Source: a virus
Taxonomy: Duplodnaviria; Caudoviricetes
Virus record (IMG/VR): IMGVR_UViG_3300035673_000078
Location: 1-44,818 of that record
Direction: 5' to 3' (one strand)
DNA: 44,818 bases
Part shown: piece by piece, positions 7,893 through 15,241 of the stretch
Position numbering within the stretch: position 1 is the stretch's first letter
How the letters are laid out: each line of letters opens with the position of its first letter
Program-made: the position numbers and the translations under genes
The notes under the pieces: generated by a model
The model's database searches: none
Seen by the model: only the letters and a program-made list of their open reading frames with translations
Told to the model about the DNA's origin: nothing

Positions 7893-8354
7893 TTGAGTTC
7901 GCTTGATGACATGGCGGTATATGTGTTTGTCCGGCAGGATCTGAGTGAGCAGGATCAACGCATCCAGATTGCCCATGCCGTCCTGAAGATGGCCACCATA
8001 TTCAACCCAGCCGACGCGAACTATCGCATCGTGGAACTCGACGGTGGCGAGAGCAAGAAAGCATTTGATCGCACTGTTCGCAAGATGCCAGAACGCGGTG
8101 TCGCTCATGTGATTTACCAAGATTCAGATCGCCCAGAATGGGGAGACACAGCGATATCTACCATTCCCCTTGCTGGACGGCCGTTGCCGCACAAGTTGCG
8201 GCGTTATTCCCCGCCTGCCGAAGCTAGCGCGGCGGTGGGTTCAAAGCCCAGCGGGGAGCCATGCTCACATAGCTCAGAGAAAGAGCACCAGCCTACGAAG
8301 CTGGAGGTCGGTGGTTCAATTCCATCTGTGAGCTCCATTTTGAACTGTTCGTAA
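7893..8354 (+). CDS. Peptidyl-tRNA hydrolase type 2 (Pth2/PTRHD1)-like protein; last ~48 codons overlap tRNA-like elements
   Basis: YVFVRQDL...QIAHA...RIVEL...QDSD...GDTAISTIP follows the Pth2-fold motif order; GAGGAG RBS before the TTG start. Confidence 0.7.
   Translation: MSSLDDMAVYVFVRQDLSEQDQRIQIAHAVLKMATIFNPADANYRIVELDGGESKKAFDRTVRKMPERGVAHVIYQDSDRPEWGDTAISTIPLAGRPLPHKLRRYSPPAEASAAVGSKPSGEPCSHSSEKEHQPTKLEVGGSIPSVSSILNCS
8208..8261 (+). ncRNA. 54-nt D-arm-less tRNA-like element ending in CCA
   Basis: Acceptor-like stem TCCCCGC/GCGGGGA + G + CCA; T-like arm TGGG-TTCAAAG-CCCA; one other arm CTGCCG/CGGCGG with loop AAGCTAGCG. Confidence 0.6.
8263..8337 (+). tRNA. Phage tRNA, anticodon ACG (Arg), atypical body
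   Basis: GCTCACA/TGTGAGC acceptor stem, GCTC/GAGC D stem, CCAGC-CTACGAA-GCTGG anticodon arm, GGTGG-TTCAATT-CCATC T arm, T-CCA end. Confidence 0.88.
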
Positions 8355-8400
8355 AGTACGACTTCTCATCCTCCCCGATGAATTCACTCGGGAGTACTCC

Positions 8401-10164
8401 ATGAAAAAGATTCTGGCGACATTTTGTGCCTGGCTGATGCTGGCCGGGCTGGCACCGATGACGGCGCCATTTGCATTGGCGCAGTCAACGATCGGCGCGT
8501 CACGCGTGGCGGGCCGCTTTGTTGCGGTGAACTATAACTACGGCGCTTCAGCTCCGTCGATGGGCTTTGGCAATCCCGCGGGGCCCAGCATTCCGCCGTT
8601 GCGCATCTTCAACGGCAATTCCGCGGCGGGAGCAGGGACAATCACGCTGGCTAGCGGCTATATCACCATGCCGGACGGCCGCACGTTCTTTCCGCTGTGT
8701 GCCGGCTCGACGGTAACCGGGTCGATCACCTGCGGAGGCGCAACGCCGATCACGGTGAATCCGGGCGGATCCAATTCTGAGACAGTCACGCCGACCGCGG
8801 TGTCCGGCTGCAACCTGTTTCCGCAAAACGCCAGCGCTCCTTCATGCCAGGTCACGGCGACATTCGCCAACGTGCATGCCCAGGGCGAGTACGTTGCTTC
8901 AGGAAGCGCAGGCCTGCAGGAAGCGATCAATGATGCGATCGCGTCGGGCGGAGGCATGGCGGTAATCGATACGCTATGGACCAAAGCCGGCGGCACGCAA
9001 GCTCTGGCCACGGCCTGGACCGCTCCCAGCGGATCAGTGGGCGTTGCGGTGGAAGATCAGCGCAGCGCGAACTTCGGCTACCTGGTTCCGGCGCCTGGAC
9101 TCACGCGCATTGCGGCTCCGACCGCGCTGACCACGGCTGCCACGGCCACGCTGACAACTGCGACCACCGGCGGCACGATCGCCACGGCGCAGACGCCGCG
9201 ATTTACCGTTACGGCGGTTGATCAGTTTGGCGGAGAGAGCGCCGCAGCGGATGATTCAGGCGCAACCGCAACTCTGGTGGACGGCGCCGGCTCAACGAAT
9301 AGTTACACGATCACCGCCGCGGGCGTTCCCACCGGCACTGGAATCGTGGGCTATCGCCTGTACGTCAGTGCCACGGGTGGCGCCACGCAAACCGAGACTC
9401 TGGCGGCCGCCGCACAAGTAAGCGGAACCGCTGCTCCACTCTGTCCGCTGCCTGCCTGCTGGGCCCCGGGCGTGGCGATTGTATTGACCGCCCTGCCGGC
9501 GACGACCGCTGCCGGTCCTCCGCAGGGAACCGCCGCCGCTGCAACTTCTCTGGCTTCGGCTCATACCACGGTGGTGATCAAGCAAACGGGAATCCCTCCG
9601 ACCATGCTTCCGTTCAACGATACGGCAGCTCCGGGATTCTTCCCGGTGACTGTGACTTCCGCCACTACGCTGGCCGCGGGCTTTGATGTGATGGGCGAGC
9701 TGCAGTATCAGGCGGGCTTCTTCAACAACCTGGGCGGCAAATATCAGATCTGCGGTGGCGGCGTGACAACGCCTTCAGCCGCGACCGTGGCGGGAACGTG
9801 GGCGCTGCGTATCGGGCCGCGAGAGAATTCAGCCGGCACGTCGGGCGAGCACATCGCCGTTCCCTGGGGATTTGTGGCATCGCGGCAATGGACCGCCGCG
9901 GCCAGCGTGTTCACGTTCTGTACCGATTTGACGGTGACAACCATAGGAACGTCCGGCGTGGTGGAAGGCGGCGCCTCGAGCTTCTGCGTGGTAGTGGCCG
10001 CGGGCGATGATGGCGCCGGTGTGGATACCTGCGTCGGCGCGTTCAATGCGGCGGCAACGGCGACTGATCTGACCGCCCAGGGCGTGATCCAGCTGTCATA
10101 TGTGCAGACGGCCGCGAGCTGGACCGTGCCACAACTGCGGTACCTGACGATTCGCAAGCTGTAA
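8401..10164 (+). CDS. Ala/Thr/Gly-rich beta-rich virion-like or exported protein with Sec-type signal peptide
   Basis: MKK + hydrophobic core + ALA cleavage motif; GLQEAINDAIASGGG resembles tailspike neck motifs; Fn3/Ig-like segment (TVTAVDQFGGES...GYRLYVS). Confidence 0.75.
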   Translation: MKKILATFCAWLMLAGLAPMTAPFALAQSTIGASRVAGRFVAVNYNYGASAPSMGFGNPAGPSIPPLRIFNGNSAAGAGTITLASGYITMPDGRTFFPLCAGSTVTGSITCGGATPITVNPGGSNSETVTPTAVSGCNLFPQNASAPSCQVTATFANVHAQGEYVASGSAGLQEAINDAIASGGGMAVIDTLWTKAGGTQALATAWTAPSGSVGVAVEDQRSANFGYLVPAPGLTRIAAPTALTTAATATLTTATTGGTIATAQTPRFTVTAVDQFGGESAAADDSGATATLVDGAGSTNSYTITAAGVPTGTGIVGYRLYVSATGGATQTETLAAAAQVSGTAAPLCPLPACWAPGVAIVLTALPATTAAGPPQGTAAAATSLASAHTTVVIKQTGIPPTMLPFNDTAAPGFFPVTVTSATTLAAGFDVMGELQYQAGFFNNLGGKYQICGGGVTTPSAATVAGTWALRIGPRENSAGTSGEHIAVPWGFVASRQWTAAASVFTFCTDLTVTTIGTSGVVEGGASSFCVVVAAGDDGAGVDTCVGAFNAAATATDLTAQGVIQLSYVQTAASWTVPQLRYLTIRKL

Positions 10165-10370
10165 TGAAACGGCTTCTCAGGAAGTGGAAGTTTAGACGTC
10201 TGTGTATGGGGCCGATTGTGGCCCTTTACTGGACTCATGAGTTTGCCAGCAACCGCGTGTACCTGCGTATCTGGACATGGCACTCTGGGCCGTGGATTGT
10301 TCCCCGGCGCGGCTTGCGCCGCATCGTTGCTAATCGATTTGGTAGGCATTCGATGATGAACGTGGATTGA
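10164..10370 (+). CDS. Small basic hypothetical protein
   Basis: TAATG overlap with the upstream stop; 68 aa. Confidence 0.45.
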   Translation: MKRLLRKWKFRRLCMGPIVALYWTHEFASNRVYLRIWTWHSGPWIVPRRGLRRIVANRFGRHSMMNVD

Positions 10371-10477
10371 GCGAGCTTTAGGAGATTCCCGGTTCGGTAA
10401 CACCACAGTGAGCTGAGACGGGATAACGATCGGGCGTGCTTCGGGGGAGGACGCGCCCGGTCATTCATTTTCTGCGC

Positions 10478-10714
10478 ATGAAACATCGCTGGCGCAAATC
10501 GGGTCTGCTGGTCTTGATGCTGGCGACGTGTGTGCTGGTTGCCGGATGCCACGCAAAGAAGCAGCAGCCGGTGAACTATCGCTTTGCCGCGTGCCAGATC
10601 ACGCGCACGTGGATCGATGAGCAAGGCAAAGAGCGCAAGGATTGTGACTGCAAGAACGGCCGCGAGATCGGGTTCGACGCCAAGACCCGGCTGCGGATCA
10701 TCCGGTGCGAGTAA
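10478..10714 (+). CDS. Small lipoprotein (possible o-spanin-like or immunity protein)
   Basis: Basic N-terminus, hydrophobic core, lipobox-like LVAG-C; directly upstream of the peptidoglycan enzyme genes. Confidence 0.65.
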   Translation: MKHRWRKSGLLVLMLATCVLVAGCHAKKQQPVNYRFAACQITRTWIDEQGKERKDCDCKNGREIGFDAKTRLRIIRCE

Positions 10715-11104
10715 ATGTGGGTCTATCAACAATCGAGCGGAAACCTGTTTCGCAACATGAACGGCGCGGCGGGTGATTCGCAGCTGATGGCCAAAGGCTA
10801 TTCCGGGAACGGCAAGGGCCTGAACAATCCCGAGATGCAGAACGTGCATGACGTCGGGCCGCTGCCTTGCGGTGACTGGTATATGGGTGCGGCGTATGAC
10901 CATCCGGAGCACGGGGCGGTGGTGATTCCGCTGACGCCGGAGCCTGGGACCGAGACATTCGGGAGAAAAGACTTTCTCTGCCATGGCGACCTGGTGCACG
11001 CGCCGGGACAGTTTAAAGCGTCGAAGGGCTGCATGATCATGCCGCGGTGGATCCGCGAGCGCATGAACGAAAGCGGAGACCATCTGCTGAGGGTGATTCG
11101 ATGA
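10715..11104 (+). CDS. Tlde1/DUF2778-like L,D-transpeptidase-fold peptidoglycan enzyme (candidate endolysin)
   Basis: GYSG...NNP...GPLPCG...FGRKDFLCHGD...ASKGCMI; His and SxGC catalytic motif. Confidence 0.8.
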   Translation: MWVYQQSSGNLFRNMNGAAGDSQLMAKGYSGNGKGLNNPEMQNVHDVGPLPCGDWYMGAAYDHPEHGAVVIPLTPEPGTETFGRKDFLCHGDLVHAPGQFKASKGCMIMPRWIRERMNESGDHLLRVIR

Positions 11105-11595
11105 CCAGCGTCACACTGCAATTCTCGCGGCCGGATTTTGCCAGCGAGCAGCCATGGAACCGGCTGATCAGCGAAGGCATTTGTAAAGAGACGCGGAGCG
11201 AGATTTGCCACGTCGATGCGGTGATGCCGGAAGGCACGCTGATCGGGGCGCATATTGGCGGCGGAATTCAGGAACGGCCCGCGGACTATCAGAAGTGGGG
11301 CCTGCGGATCCGCGTGACCATTCCCGCGACCGAAGGACAAGCCTCAATCTTTTATGCCTATGCGCGGGCGATGCTGGGCACGAAGTACGACGTCAAGGAC
11401 ATCTTTGGGATCGCGCTGAGCGATGCCCGGCTGCACGACGCCAACAAGATGATCTGCTCCGGCTTTGCCACGGTGGCCACGCTGAAAGCCGCGCTGGGCC
11501 GCGTAGCCAAGGACTGGTGGCTGATAAGCCCGGAGGAATTGCGCATCGCGTGGACCGCGTTCGCCGGCGCGATAGAAGCGAGGACTGAGGGATGA
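11101..11595 (+). CDS. Permuted papain-like NlpC/P60 (YiiX/YebB-like) enzyme
   Basis: His before Cys order: SEICHVD...GTKYD...MICSG; ATGA overlaps. Confidence 0.72.
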   Translation: MTSVTLQFSRPDFASEQPWNRLISEGICKETRSEICHVDAVMPEGTLIGAHIGGGIQERPADYQKWGLRIRVTIPATEGQASIFYAYARAMLGTKYDVKDIFGIALSDARLHDANKMICSGFATVATLKAALGRVAKDWWLISPEELRIAWTAFAGAIEARTEG

Positions 11596-11801
11596 ATTTC
11601 TGGAAAGACCATTTCGATCACGTCCTGCTGGTGGTCCTTGGCGTTCTGGGCGGCATCGGCGGGATCATCTGCGCGATTTACAAGCTGGATAAGCCGAGCG
11701 AGTGGTGCTTCGTGGAAGCCGCCGCGGCGCTCTCCGCGTTGCTGATGCGCATGAACGGCCCGAGGGCCCCGGCAAGCCCAAACTTACCTCCGCAGCCATA
11801 G
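11592..11801 (+). CDS. Small two-TM membrane protein, candidate holin
   Basis: 69 aa with two hydrophobic segments, inside the lysis cluster. Confidence 0.55.
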   Translation: MNFWKDHFDHVLLVVLGVLGGIGGIICAIYKLDKPSEWCFVEAAAALSALLMRMNGPRAPASPNLPPQP

Positions 11802-11851
11802 ACGCTGCGGTCATAGATTTCGAAGTAATAGATTTTCGAGGAGAACACAAC

Positions 11852-12232
11852 ATGTCATTTCTGAAAGCCTTCAGCTTTAAAAACCTTGGCCACTATATCG
11901 CCGTGGCCGCGCGGGACATCGTGAAAGCGGCTCCCACCATCCAGAAAGACATTCAGGTGGCCGGGGACATCGCAGCGCTGGCTTATCCGGAAGCTGCGCC
12001 GGCAGTACTGGAGATCGAGCGCGCCAGTAACGCTGCACTGGGCTTCGTGGTGGATGCCGCGCAGCATGTGACGGCAGTAGCCGATGGCACCAACACGCTG
12101 ACCATCCAGGGATTGACCGCAGCTGAACTGGCCGATTTCAAGAGCCTGGCTGACTACTTCAGAACCCATGCGTACAAGAACGGCGTCTCGCTGCCGCCAA
12201 GCGCGGCTCCGGCGCAGGTAGCAAAGACGTAA
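11852..12232 (+). CDS. Hypothetical Ala-rich helical protein
   Basis: GAGGAG RBS before ATG 11852 (ORF 11702..12232). Confidence 0.7.
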   Translation: MSFLKAFSFKNLGHYIAVAARDIVKAAPTIQKDIQVAGDIAALAYPEAAPAVLEIERASNAALGFVVDAAQHVTAVADGTNTLTIQGLTAAELADFKSLADYFRTHAYKNGVSLPPSAAPAQVAKT

Positions 12233-12294
12233 GACGGATTTCAGTCTGGCAGCCGGGAAAGACCGGCACTAATTTCTTGTCCAGGAGTACTTCC

Positions 12295-12492
12295 ATGCAA
12301 CGATTCAGCTTTGTCCTGGCGGTCGCGTTGGTGTTTGCGATCGCATTTCCCGCGCCGGCATCCGCCGGTGTGTTCCGTCACGTGGTGAAACCGGCCAGCA
12401 AAAAGGCCTTTCACGGTGCGACCAAAACCGCCCACGGCGCTAAGAAGGCCGTGAAGGCCAGCGCCCACGTCACGAAGAAAGTTCTGTACTAG
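12295..12492 (+). CDS. Small exported basic (Lys/His/Ala-repeat) peptide
   Basis: AGGAG RBS; signal peptide ending ASA; KKAFHGATKTAHGAKKAVKASAHVTKK. Confidence 0.65.
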   Translation: MQRFSFVLAVALVFAIAFPAPASAGVFRHVVKPASKKAFHGATKTAHGAKKAVKASAHVTKKVLY

Positions 12493-12502
12493 ATCGAGCT
12501 GA

Positions 12503-15037
12503 ATGGAAGACGTCCTCGATCAGGCGGCCGCAGCAGACACGGACGAGCAATCTGCGGCCGGGGACCCGAAAGATTACGGCGATCCGAAGCGGCTGGAGAA
12601 GCTGCCGGACCGACTTCAGCGGAAGCTGCATGATCTGCTGAAGAAGGCGCAGGAGCGGGACGTGTTTGCCCGCCGGCGCGAGCTGATGCGGGTGCAGAAA
12701 AACCGGTTCTTCGAGCTGGGATTTCAGCACACCTGGTGGGACGAAGACCAGGGCATCTTCCAGGTCGGGCAGAACGGCGGAGGCATTCAGAGCGACGAAG
12801 ACGGCGATGGGCCGCTTTACCAGCGGGACATCATGCTCTATCGCGCGTTTATGAACAGCTTTCGCGCGGTGTTCTGCCAGAACCAGGCGACGCCCCGCTT
12901 TCAGGCCAAGGACCCTAAGAATGGCAACGACATCACGTCGGCGCAGGAAGCGAACAAGCACAGACGGATCGTTGAGAAGTTCAACGATCCCAGCGCGCTG
13001 CAGGACGATGTCGGGCGGCTCTTGTGGACTGACGGTTCGGTCATTGCGATCTCCAGCTTCGTCCGCGACGCGAGGTTCGGTTATGAGGAAGAAGATGAAG
13101 AGATCGCCGCGGAAGAGCAGCAGGAAGCTCAAGCTCAGCCCGCGGCCCAGGATGGTCCGGCAGCGGGTATCGCTGGAGGAGGCGATCTTTCTGGAGCAGG
13201 TGGATTGGCCGGGGCTGGTTTACAGACCGACGCAGGCAACGAGCTTTCGCCCGCTCCCGAACTTCCAGATATCGAGGGACAAGAGTCTGGCGGAGATTCT
13301 GGGCGCACCCCCAAGGGCCAGGAAGTAATCGAGATTGTTGGCGTGTTGGAGCGGAAAGCTCCGCTGTCGATTCGCGACATGGCGCGCTGGCCGTACCTGA
13401 TTGTTTCCACGGAAGACGATATCTCGATCTCAAAAGGCGAGTACTCGGAGATCGAAGAAGAGATCAAGCCAGGAGCCTCGGCGCCGGGAGCGGAGCACAG
13501 AGCCAGGCTGGCGCGGATCGCGTGCTCGCAGGGTTCAAGCTGGGAAGGCAATTCAGAATCGACGCTGGAATACCTGGTCACGAAAGACCGCGCCTGGTTC
13601 CGGCCAAAATTCTTTACCGAACTGGGAAAGAAAGACGATCCGGACCGCAAAGAGCTGGAGCGCATCTTCCCCGACGGATGCGCGTGTGTGTTTATCGGCG
13701 AGACCTACTGCGAGAGCAGGAACGAGTCGATGGACAAGCACATCAAGGTGATGCAGGCGGTCAAGTCGAACGGGCAGAACGTCCCCGGGCTGGGCCAGGG
13801 CGCCGTCGATCCGTGCGAGGCCTTTGACGACATGTTCAACATGTCAGAAGAGGCGTTTAAAGGCACGATCCCGGCCAAGTTCTTTCGCCATGGCGTGCTC
13901 GATCTGGAAGCGCTGAACGAGCAGACGTCGGGATATGGGCGTTATTACGAGTCAAACCCGAACGCGGACGGCAATCCGGAAACGCCGTTTTCCGACAACT
14001 TCTTTGAAGAGACCGCGGTCGAGCCGCCGGCGATGATGCAGGAAGCGATGGGGCAGATCCAGGGCCCGCTGCTGCAATTTCTGACCGGCCAGCTGGCGCC
14101 GCTGATGGGCCAGAGCGACGAGCATAACGAGACTGCCAAAGGCATCTCGATATTGCGCGACCAGGCGCTGGGCCTGATGAATTTAGTGTGGAAGCCGTTC
14201 ACCAACTTTTACGGGCTGGTGATGACGGACGCGATCCGCTGCGGCGCGGAGAATCGGCCGGAAGATAAGCCGTTGAGCGCCGAGGTCGGCGTGCCGGGCA
14301 AGGAAGGCAAGGAAGAGACGATCGACGTAAGCATTGAGGACCTGAAAGCCGGCGACTTTGGCCCGGTCCCGATCGTGGATTCAAATTTCCCGGAAAGCTG
14401 GACCGCGAAGAGCAACCGGTTCCTGCAGATCTTCCAGGAAGCGGCGCAGAACCCGCTGCTGCTCAAGTTGATGTCGCACCCGGACAACCAGGTGCAGGCC
14501 AAGAATCTGGTTGGCCTCGAGGACATGGAATTTCCCGACGCCGACGCCGTCGACAAGCAAGTGGAAGAGATTTCGCGGCTGAGCAAAGCCAGCCCGATCC
14601 CGCCGAGCCCGGAAGAAGTGCAGGCGACGGTCGAGCAGGAAATGCAGCAGCTGCAGACCGTTGTCCAGCAGGGCGCAGCCGCGGGCGCGCCGGTACCGCA
14701 GATCGATCCGGAGCAATTGCAGCAGAAGCTGGCGCAGGCCGCAACGCAGAAGCTGACGAAGTCGAGCGTGGAAGTGGATCCCATCTGCGACAACCACCAG
14801 GTGGAAGCGGAAGAGTGCCTGCGGTGGATCAATTCACCGACGGGACAGAAAGCAAAGTATTCGTCGGATGATCAGGTGAAGCTGGGCTACCAGAACGTGC
14901 GGCTGCATTTGCTGGAGCATCAGGCAGTGATGAAACAGCAGGCACAGGACGCCGCTCAGGCCGCGATGGCGCAAGCCGCGGGATCGCCTGGTGGACCCGG
15001 AGCAGCGCCGCCGGCAGCGGCGGGAGCGAGCGCATGA
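12503..15037 (+). CDS. Portal protein (long, podovirus-type)
   Basis: 844 aa, acidic, ETAKGISILRDQA motif and Q/A-rich C-terminal tail typical of P22-like portals; lies upstream of scaffold and capsid. Confidence 0.82.
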   Translation: MEDVLDQAAAADTDEQSAAGDPKDYGDPKRLEKLPDRLQRKLHDLLKKAQERDVFARRRELMRVQKNRFFELGFQHTWWDEDQGIFQVGQNGGGIQSDEDGDGPLYQRDIMLYRAFMNSFRAVFCQNQATPRFQAKDPKNGNDITSAQEANKHRRIVEKFNDPSALQDDVGRLLWTDGSVIAISSFVRDARFGYEEEDEEIAAEEQQEAQAQPAAQDGPAAGIAGGGDLSGAGGLAGAGLQTDAGNELSPAPELPDIEGQESGGDSGRTPKGQEVIEIVGVLERKAPLSIRDMARWPYLIVSTEDDISISKGEYSEIEEEIKPGASAPGAEHRARLARIACSQGSSWEGNSESTLEYLVTKDRAWFRPKFFTELGKKDDPDRKELERIFPDGCACVFIGETYCESRNESMDKHIKVMQAVKSNGQNVPGLGQGAVDPCEAFDDMFNMSEEAFKGTIPAKFFRHGVLDLEALNEQTSGYGRYYESNPNADGNPETPFSDNFFEETAVEPPAMMQEAMGQIQGPLLQFLTGQLAPLMGQSDEHNETAKGISILRDQALGLMNLVWKPFTNFYGLVMTDAIRCGAENRPEDKPLSAEVGVPGKEGKEETIDVSIEDLKAGDFGPVPIVDSNFPESWTAKSNRFLQIFQEAAQNPLLLKLMSHPDNQVQAKNLVGLEDMEFPDADAVDKQVEEISRLSKASPIPPSPEEVQATVEQEMQQLQTVVQQGAAAGAPVPQIDPEQLQQKLAQAATQKLTKSSVEVDPICDNHQVEAEECLRWINSPTGQKAKYSSDDQVKLGYQNVRLHLLEHQAVMKQQAQDAAQAAMAQAAGSPGGPGAAPPAAAGASA

Positions 15038-15234
15038 AGTGTCCGTGTTGTGAAAATCAGATTGTGTACTGCGGCATTCCTTACGCTCATTTTGGAAGGG
15101 TGCTCCCGATACACGAAGCAAAGGCGCCATTTGAGCGCCATGGCCAGGGCGGGTTTGGGCTGCCGCGCGAACAATTCATTGTTCCCATGTACGACGGCGA
15201 GCTGATCCTCTGCATGGACATCAATCAGAATTAG
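15034..15234 (+). CDS. Small Cys-containing hypothetical protein
   Basis: ATGA overlap; MKCPCC; fills the gap. Confidence 0.55.
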   Translation: MKCPCCENQIVYCGIPYAHFGRVLPIHEAKAPFERHGQGGFGLPREQFIVPMYDGELILCMDINQN

Positions 15235-15241
15235 GAGTTTT

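Noticed and set aside
8224-8226. Amber recoding of the phage via a CTA-anticodon tRNA
   Set aside because: The element lacks a D arm and a 7-nt loop, and core genes are uninterrupted under the standard code, several ending normally in TAG.
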